Source of the DNA: a virus
Lineage: Duplodnaviria > Caudoviricetes
Strand: one strand, 5' to 3'
IMG/VR virus record: IMGVR_UViG_3300021255_000109
Coordinates: 96,001 to 160,000 of that record
Length of the DNA stretch: 64,000 nucleotides
Shown: positions 55,135-64,000 of the stretch, one piece after another
How positions within the stretch are numbered: the first letter of the stretch is position 1
Layout: each line of letters begins with the position of its first letter
The notes under the pieces: generated by a model
What the model was told of the DNA's origin: nothing
Database searches by the model: none
What the model saw: the letters and a program-made list of their open reading frames with translations, nothing else
Made by a program: the position numbers and the translations under genes

Positions 55135-57819
55135 ATGGGGAGCAAATTATACCCTCCCTACATTGATGGAAAAATACCTGCTTTTTGTGGAACGGAATTA
55201 AAAGTTCCGTTCCGCCATAATAGAGCTGTTGCATATGGTTCAAACAGTACCCAAGTTAAAAGTATAGCGTGTAAAATGAAAACTGTCTCCACAAATGAGT
55301 GGGTATGGACTCTAATGGAACCCTACAATGAAGCGGTTCAAATAGATCATACTACTGGTATGTGGACGGCAGTTTTTAATTTAGATAAAAAAATTTATGA
55401 AGATAAAGATGATACATATTTTTCTAAATTAATAGAAGGTGTGTATTATAAAATTCAAATTGCCTATGTAGATTCATTGGGTACTATAGGTTATTTTTCA
55501 GATGTAGGAGTAACTAAATATACCACAGCACCAACTTTAAAAATTGAGAATTTACAAGCTGGAGAAATTAGTGCTGGGTTATATAATTATGTTGGCGTAT
55601 ATAGTCAAGAGAATAAAGATGTATCTGAAAAAGAATACAGTTATTGTTTTACCATATTGAATGAAGATGGAAGCGTCTTTGACACTTCTGGAGTATAGAT
55701 TCATAATGCGGCAACAGATACAGAGCCATATGAATCTTCTGATACATATATTTGTCGAAAAGATTTAATTTCAAATCACAAATATACAATCAATTATGCG
55801 ATTACAACTTTAAATAATTTAACTGCATCGAGCCCAGTATATACTATTATGCGTAAAGACTCTGTACGCCCAAGCGTAAATGCAATTTTACATGCTGAAC
55901 CTAATTTTGATGAAGGATATATTGGATTATAGCTAATAGCTCAAGATGATAAATATTATAGTGGTAATTTTACAATTTCAAGAGCTAGTTCGAAAGATAA
56001 TTTTGAACAGTGGGATGAAATATGTCACTTTACTTTAGAAAGAGAAACGCCATTAAGAGATTTATTTAAAGACTTTACAGTTGAGCAAGGAGTACGATAT
56101 TGTTATTCATTATAGCAATATAATTCAAGAGGATTATATTCAAATAGAATGAAATCTGAGACTGTGACCGCAGACTTTGAAGATATGTTTTTATTTGATG
56201 GATTTCGGCAATTAAAAGTGCGTTTTAATCCTACTGTTGCATCTTTTAAAAATGATGTTTTAGAAAGCAAGACTGATACAATTGGCAGTAAATATCCATT
56301 CATTTTTAGAAATGGAAATGTTAAATATAAGGAATTTCCAATAGGTGGCTTAATTTCTTACTTAATGGATGACCAAGCATTTTTCTTATCTAAAGATAGT
56401 TTAGGCGCTTTAGAATTTGAAGGCACTGATCTAACTTCTGAGAATATTAGAGCTGAACGTGTATTTAAATTAGAGGTCATGGAATGGTTATCAGATGGCT
56501 AGCCAAAGCTATTTAAGTCTCCAACAGAAGGTAATTATATAGTGCGGCTATTAAATTCTTCACTTTCCGCAAATACAGTAACAGGGCGTATGCTTCATTC
56601 ATTTACTGCTACTGCATATGAGATAGCAGAATTAACATTTGATAATTTACTTCGTTATAATTTAATTACTGTTCCAGAATATACTGATACTAATCTACAT
56701 TTTGCTACTGTTCAATTAGCTGGTTATATGGATAATGACAACATGGTTTATTACACTGCTAATTCAGATTTAAAAATTCCTTCTGCTGTATATTTAGGTA
56801 TTTTTGAAGACGTTGAACCTGGCACTTTACTTGAATTAACATTATAGACAGGCCAAGTGCAATAGATTGAAATTGGTGCGACATATATTTATAAAATTAA
56901 TACTTTAGATAATCCTGTTACAAATGTAAAATTAATTTCTACTCCTAATGAGAATGCGCATTTTGATGGTACATTTACATATGGATATTATGAGCAAACA
57001 TTTGCTGATGATTTCAATGAAATTTCTGACTTTGAGCCAGAAGATGAATTATGGCAATTTGTTGGCTATCATGAGGATATTGTGGCAGAAGTAGAAGACT
57101 TAAAGAGATCTATTGGACGCTTTTATTAGATTAAAGTTAATAATAGAGAGATAGCTGAAGTCTTTCATTCTATTGATGCTGAAAAGTTCGATAAGCCTTA
57201 TATTTATGGCGATATTGCCCGTTTAGTTGGCACAGAAATTTTAGCAGAACAGATTGTGGCTAGTAAAGTATATAAGATAGTAGACTATGAATATACAAAT
57301 GAAGCTGGTAGTACCTTTTATGGCTTGTATGTTAATGGTTTTGATTTAATTGAATACCTTGAGCATAGAGAAGCCGATGAAGATCCTAGCCCTTATTGGA
57401 CTGAGTTAGTAGATAAGGGGTGGCATGAACAAGATTGTGATTATTTCTTCTGGATAAATCACCCAGATCAAAATGTTAATTTGGAATCTATTGGTCGTTA
57501 TATATTTAATAATTTAGATACTGTATCTAAGATGAAGTTAGGAAATATGTTGATGGCTGATTGCTATATTTAGCTTGTTGAGATTAAATATTCAGTAGAA
57601 AATAGTGATCCATTAGTAGCGCAAGGTAATACGCTATATATGCAAGCTAAAGAAAATTATGAGCAGATGATTTCTGATGCATCAGTGGTTGACGAACAAA
57701 AACCATATTCTTAGACAGTAGTCACACAGCAAGATATTAATAATGCTTATGAGTTGATGCAGACTCAGCGTATGCAATTAATAGGTTTAATAAAAAATGC
57801 AATTGAGAAGGAGGTATAA
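55135..57819 (+). CDS. Tail/baseplate protein (894 aa, TAG=Gln)
   Basis: Fragments 55135, 56149, 56542 and 57256 in frame; DTIGSKYP..RNG...Y.EF.I.G, E.LSDG(Q)PKLFKSPTEG. Confidence 0.7.
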
Positions 57820-57821
57820 TT

Positions 57822-60800
57822 ATGCTTTATGATTCTGAATTCTTACGAGAATTAGATGAGCAACGAGAAAAGACTGTATATGCTCGTATTATATCTCTTG
57901 ATTTAGAAGAAAATCCTTTACAATAGATTGAAGGTTAGATAACTTCCGGTTCTGTTAATGTTGATGGGAACAGTGCGGTTCGGCGCACATGTTCCCTATC
58001 AATGGTGGCTAAAGATATAAATATTGATGATTACTATTGGGGACTACATACTAAATTTAAATTAGAAATAGGTGTTGAAAATACTGTGTCTAGACCGCAG
58101 CATTTTGAAACATATCCAAATATTATTTGGTTTAAAATGGGAACATATGTAATTACTTCATTTAGCTGTTAGCTGTCAACTAATAGTTATACTATTTCTA
58201 TTCAAGGCAAAGATAAGATGTGCTTATTAAATGGTGATGTTGGTGGCGTAATTAATGCGCGAACTGATTTTGGCACATATGATTATTATGATGCTGAGAC
58301 TGGTATTACGACTAATAGAAAATATCCTATTAAAAAGATTATTTGGGATGCTGTACATGCTTATGCGAATGAGCCATTTCATAATATTATTTTAAATGAT
58401 TTAGATGAATTAGGATTGGAATTGTTAGATTATAAATATGATACTCCAATGTATTTAATTCGTCCAGCGAATACAAATGATGTGTATAGCGTAGCACCAA
58501 CTTTGAATGGTGATATGGAAGTGTTGGTTAATGGCGTAAGTAAGAAAATTTCAGAAGTGAGATTTGAACGTTTAATAGACTACTTAGTTAGTGATAGCTA
58601 CAGTGCAGATAAAATTACTTTGCCGAACTCTGCTAATCCTGAATAGGAATATTTTGTAGCAAAAATAGAGTATGGATAGACGTGCGGTTACCGCACTTGC
58701 GAACTCGTGTATGCAGGCGACCTGATCGCAAATGTTGGTGAAAGTTTAACATCTGTACTAGACAAATTAAAAGCTATGCTCGGTGAATTTGAATATTTCT
58801 ATGATCTTGATGGGAGATTTATTTTTTAGCGTAAAAAATGTTTAGTCAATACAGACTGGTCTCCGTAGAGACGTGGAGAAGATAAACAGCTTTATGTGCA
58901 GAGCTTAGCTGAAGCAAGTAATTCAATTTATACATTTAATGGCAGTATTTTAATTTCATCATTTTCAAATAGTCCTAATTTAAGTAATTTAAAGAATGAT
59001 TTTACTGTATGGGGTGAGCGCACTTCTGTAGGAGGAAATAAGTATCCTATTCATATGCGCTATGCCATAGATAATAAACCATCATTATATGTTGATTATG
59101 ATGGTAATGCGTGGACAACAAAAACAATGCAAGAGATTGCAGATGAGAATGGTTTAAAAACTCGTTATGCAACAATGTATGACTATTAGAGTTTAATGGA
59201 TCAATTTGAAAAAGATCCAAGCTTATATCCACAAGGTTTTGATACAAGTAAAGATAATAAATGGTGGAATATGAAGGATTGGGCTGAGTATTATGCTATT
59301 CTGTTCGGTGAACCACCTGGCAATAAGCATCCTGATGATGAAATGCAATATTACACTAAGTCTTCTAATTATATGCAATCTCATGTGCTTAATCTAATTA
59401 ACGGATTTAGGACTGAATATGGATTACCGGCAGTAATAGACACAGGTAGAGGAACTATATGTTGTGCTATTGGAATTTGCTCTTGGGAAGGACAGACTTC
59501 TGTGGTAGAAATAGCTAGCCATATTGGATGTGTGCATACTTATCAAGAGTGGTTAGATGTGCAATATTATGTAAATGGCACAGATACTACATCGCCTTAT
59601 GATCCTACTTATTAGTTCGCAGATGGATATAGCGTACATACTTTAATAGATTATAGTCATCCATTAGCTGAAAATGAACAAGTGCCACCTGGGTCAAAGC
59701 GCAGAATTGTTACTATTTCTGGCAAAAGATATTTTTATTATCCTAGCACAAGAATTGCTTTAGATGAATATTGGCGAGAATAGAGAGGACTTATTAAAGC
59801 ATTTGTATATGCTTGGGATCCTGAAATTCCGCCTGAGCGAGCAGAAAAATATTTAGAAGAACAGATCAAAAAGATTGAATATGAAGATCCTTTAGCAGGA
59901 AAATATAAGCAAGTAGATTGGCGTGAAATCATTTATCGTATGGCTATTGATTATAGACGTCATAACCATGATGACGATTTTGAGGTAGCGCTAGCGAAGC
60001 GTAATTATCCATTATATCCGAACGGTGTGACTGGGTATGAGCAATATTATATAGACCTGGAAGGATTTTGGCGTTAGTTATATTGTCCAATGTTTGATGA
60101 TGATGAGAAAAAAGGTAATTATGAATTAGAGTTTAAACAATATAATGATATAACTAATAAAAATGATTTGGATAAGATTTATGTAAAAGGTGTATATAAG
60201 CCATTAGCACAAAAGGTTATAGCTGTTATGGAAGGAAGATAGAAGCCTGGAGATATATTAGGATCAAATGACCGATATTATCATAAAGAGAATATTAGGT
60301 ATTTTATTTCTGAAAATAATGGTTTTACTTTTACTGAGTTTACTCCTGCGGATGATACTGAGTGGGTAGAAAAATGTGTTGAAGGTAAAGTATATACACG
60401 TTAGTTAACCGACTTATCTAATACATTTAAGATTCATCATGGATAGATGCAACCATATGGCAATACAATCAACTTCCTTGAAGACGGTCATTATTATTTT
60501 CTTAAAGTAATGAATTTATCTGATCCATAGAATCCAACATATGAGTTGATTAATGTAAATACAAAATTAACTCCAGAACAAAAACTATAGACTTATCATA
60601 GCTTAGTAGAAGATGGAGATAATATGGAATTTACATTAGATCGTCATTTGCGCCTGGCGCAAGCCAGATCTTAGCCATGGGCAGATTTGTATATATATGA
60701 CAACAAAACATATTGTATGGCTGACATCGTGTAGAATTCAAGTCTAAAGAATTTATATTATGATTCATCTGCGCAATAGATCAAGCAATATTTGTTAGAG

Positions 60801-61493
60801 TCACCGACCGCACTTAATAGTAACTTAACTGCGGTATTAAAGAAAAACGTTATTTCTTATTATGTAGCTTATATAGATTTCTATGTTAACCCTCCTGTAT
60901 ATGAGCTTGATTCAGACACAGGAAAATATAACTTAATTGCTGCGAATGATGGCGAAAAAGTCTGGTGGCATAAAGATGTTTTCGATTATCCTGATCTTTT
61001 GAATTTCTGGTTTGACTTTTTGGAAGGTGATGGCACCCTTAGACAGTTCACAACTAAAGCTGTTGGAGATAGGCCGAAAGCTGTTAATGAGACAACAATA
61101 AAATCTATTTACTATAGAGATACTCCAAAGGTAATTTATTCAACTATGAGTAAATACCAATCTGAAGACTATAAGACAGGATATAGTTATTTTATTATAC
61201 CAGATTCTGGTTATGAAAATATGTTTGCGATTTCTCCTCAAGGTATCAGTGCAAAGAATAGGACTGATGAATTGCTTTATCAACATTCTTATTGCACTGA
61301 AAGTGTGAACCTTACAGCGGTTCCTATTTATTATCTTGAGCCGAATAATCGAGTTTATATTTTTGATGAAAAAACAGGAATTAATGGATATTATGTAATA
61401 TCCAAATTATCATATTCATTAGCTTATAATGGTATGATGCAAGTTACGGCGACTAAAGCGCCAGAAAATTCAATTTTGGAGAGAGAGGAGTAA
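57822..61493 (+). CDS. Tail hub/Tal-like protein (1,223 aa, TAG=Gln)
   Basis: IEG(Q)ITSGSVNVDGNSAVRRTCSL N-terminus; FYDLDGRFIF; C-terminal VPIYYLEPN..I...G.Y.I; fragments in frame. Confidence 0.7.
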
Positions 61494-61495
61494 TT

Positions 61496-61846
61496 ATGGC
61501 AAGACTAATAAAATAGTTTAGATATTATGGATATACGCCAGAAAATCAATCTTCTAATTATCCTAATGTCGTAACTTATGCAGCTTTAGCTACTGGGAAT
61601 ATTTTTGCTGAGTATGCTCCTATAATTCAACTTGGTATTCAAAGCGATCCAGATGTAAAGTTTTATGTTAATAATGGATCTACTCCAGTAGCTATTGGTG
61701 CGACTGGTATTTATGAGTTAGATTTAGAAGGATTAGGGAGTATATCTTCAATTCGTTTTGATAGAGATTCTTTAAATTCCATAGACTATGCAAATAAAAG
61801 AAATTCTATCTTAATTGATATAATGTATGAAGGAGGTAGCGCATAA
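61496..61846 (+). CDS. Tail-associated hypothetical protein (116 aa, 1 TAG=Gln; absent from ORF track)
   Basis: GAGGAG RBS; IK(Q)FRYYG, QLGIQ, IGATGIYELDL. Confidence 0.7.
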
Positions 61847-62769
61847 TGGGTTTTTATGGAAATGTGACGTATTATCTAAGTAATGCGTTTCAAAGTTTAG
61901 TTTATCAAAATGCTAATCTATCTGGCGCTACACCTTCTCCTAGTAATCCAGCTACTGAGTATACAGCCACTCCACGCAGTAGAAATGATAGAAGTATTCT
62001 TGCTCAAGGGAATAAATGGATAATATTTGGTGCTAATGCTGAAGCAATAGGGAATAATACTATTAATATTTATCATAAGACTTAGCGTGATGATGTTGAG
62101 CCAATAACTTTGCCTGTTGAGGTAACATCCAGTAGTGAAAACTTACTTACGCCATCTTTTGGTGCGGTTATTACTATTCCTACTATTACTTTTGATAATG
62201 CAGGACATATTACGGCAGGTACTGTTGCAAATGTGCAATTACCAACTCCGGCGGGCGAAGATGATTTAAACAATATTAAAAATCGTATCGCAACATTGGA
62301 AGAGTATTTAACTGGTACTCATGGTGACGATGGTAGCGGTGAAGGTTCTTCATAGGATCCTGTTGCAGATGTTAATACTGAAAATACCTATGGTACAAGA
62401 ATTGGAACCTTAGAAAAAATTACTGAAGAGTGGGAACGTAAAAAGGGCGCTGGTTATGAAAGTGATCCATTAGAAAGATATCGTGAAGAATATGGCATTG
62501 GTACTACTTTGCATGATTTAATGGTATTAATTGGACTTAGAGAAGAATCAACAATTACTGTTAATAGTTAGCAAAAAAAGGTTTATACTCCAAAGCTTAG
62601 CGGTTATAGTAATGATTCATTGCTGGGTAAAACTGATACAGCTATATCATTAGCAAGGGCTCAAAGCGCTAATATTTCTACTAATAGACAAAGTATTCGT
62701 GATATCATAACTTACTTAAATGATTAGTTTGAAGCAAATTTATAGCTTCCTGTACCTATAAATAATTAA
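61846..62769 (+). CDS. Tail fibre-associated protein (307 aa, TAG=Gln)
   Basis: MGFYGN start; FDNAGHIT motif; fragments in frame. Confidence 0.65.
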
Positions 62770-62800
62770 TGGATGGAAAAATAAAGAAAGGAGAACTACA

Positions 62801-63622
62801 ATGGCGCGTGTTATTACTGAATACGGTAATTACGTTAAATTCTTGCGTGGTACTCCAAATGCATATCAACAATTAAGTCCTAAAGATAATGATACATTAT
62901 ATTTTATCAGTGAGACAGACGCTGACCATGGAGTATTATATTTAGGAGAAAAATTAATTAGTGGTGGTATCTCAAGTTCTACTTCACTTGCAGATTTATA
63001 GGACGTATTAATTGGAGCCGGTGTAGAAACTGGCTCTCTTTTATTCTATGATGGTACTTAGTGGGTTGACAAGCCACTAGATGAAATTTTTGAATTAATT
63101 GTTGGTTCAATGGTCGGTGCAACAGCTACTAAGAATGGTAAGACTGGATTAGTGCCGGTTCCATTGGCTGGAATGCAAGATTTATATTTAAAAGGTGATG
63201 GCACATGGAACAATCCATTGGCTTCTATATAGCCTACGGTTAGTCTTCTTATTAGTCAAGTAGGTACTTTAATTGGTAATGATACTAATCAAAGTGTACG
63301 TGACATCGCTTTAGATGAAGTATCAAAAGTAGTTGCAAATGCTCCAGAAGCTTTTGATACTTTAAAAGAAATTGCTGATTATTTAGAAGAACATCCTTCA
63401 TCAGGTGATGTAGCAGGAAGACTTGCCGCACTTGAGTAGGCTGTTCTTACTCCTACTACTGGTTTGCAAGATCGTATGGTAGCAGTAGAAAGTAATATGA
63501 CAAATGTTTCTAATGCTATTTCGACTTTATAGGCAAAAGATAGAACACATGATTAGTAGATCACTAATATTAATCAGACGTTAGAAACATTAAAATGGTA
63601 GTAGATGATTGTTACAAATTAA
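62801..63622 (+). CDS. Fibre protein (273 aa, TAG=Gln)
   Basis: VKFLRGT, DTLYFI..LYLG, GLVPVP, APEAFDTLKEIAD fibre motifs. Confidence 0.7.
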
Positions 63623-63643
63623 TAATGATAGGAGGACTTTAAT

Positions 63644-64000
63644 ATGCCTAATCTAACACCTGGAAAGAATATAGGATTTAAGGTTGGTTTACAGTCTACT
63701 GTTAATGATATTATTTCTGGCGCTGCTGGCGCGCCGATAGTGGTCCCTGGATCATTCTATTTGGCAGAAGATACTCATAGATTATATGTAGGTAATGACG
63801 ACCTGACTTTATCTCCTATAAATGAAGGTATTATATTTATTACAAATCAATCTGATTTGCCGACACTGACAACAAGTAACATTACACAATATGCTGGACA
63901 GCTTTATTATATTACAAGTAGTAATATTTTATGTATGGCCGCAAACACTAATGATCCGACAGGTAATGTGCCACATTGGGTACAAATTAACCCTGATACA
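63644..64000 (+). CDS. Fibre-like protein (partial; runs off the window)
   Basis: GGAGG RBS; GSFYL.EDT.RLYVG motif. Confidence 0.65.
   Translation, partial: MPNLTPGKNIGFKVGLQSTVNDIISGAAGAPIVVPGSFYLAEDTHRLYVGNDDLTLSPINEGIIFITNQSDLPTLTTSNITQYAGQLYYITSSNILCMAANTNDPTGNVPHWVQINPDT

Noticed and set aside
18668-62273. Minus-strand and alternate-frame ORFs in the late region
   Set aside because: They overlap long code-15 genes and lack expression signals.
16910-64000. Pseudogenised or decayed prophage, or sequencing errors
   Set aside because: Interruptions are TAG only, frames are preserved, and TAG falls at Gln positions; this is recoding, not decay.
16910-64000. TAG as pyrrolysine
   Set aside because: Conserved motifs and internal repeats indicate Gln; no pyl genes were seen.
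1-64000. Suppressor tRNA-CUA, release factor, integrase or reverse transcriptase (DGR)
   Set aside because: None recognisable by eye in this window; they may lie elsewhere in the genome.

Overview
The window is part of a large tailed (siphovirus-type, SPbeta/c-st-like gene order) phage genome, probably infecting a gut Clostridia/Firmicutes host. It has three zones. (1) 1-12.3 kb: a leftward 'early/host-takeover' zone of about 30 small minus-strand genes, with more than 30 near-consensus sigma-A promoters (TTGACA-17-TATAAT). It encodes three winged-helix paralogs, a DEDDh exonuclease, two HAD 5'-nucleotidases and an unannotated 51-aa ArfA-like protein. These genes read intact in the standard code. 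(2) 12.3-15.6 kb, plus 8.7-9.2 kb: non-coding arrays of palindromes. Two classes match known Firmicutes operators well (LexA, clostridial Rex). Others resemble LacI-family, CodY and possibly DtxR/MntR-type operators. A TG-skewed tract and 39-bp repeats follow and may mark the genome end or packaging site. Single copies of the same boxes sit upstream of early promoters, joined by GCCCGGGC. (3) 16.9-64 kb: a rightward packaging and virion operon in which TAG encodes Gln (code 15). The supplied ORF fragments join in frame into TerS-like, TerL (split by a group I intron carrying a recoded GIY-YIG endonuclease), portal, protease/scaffold, decoration, major capsid (with a predicted -1 frameshift extension), neck, tail tube, a ~3,900-aa tape measure and tail tip/fibre proteins. 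The best candidate for a new system is the multi-regulator host-operator array at the putative first-injected end. The second is an ArfA-like ribosome-rescue factor in a stop-codon-recoding phage. All assignments are by eye; no database search was run.
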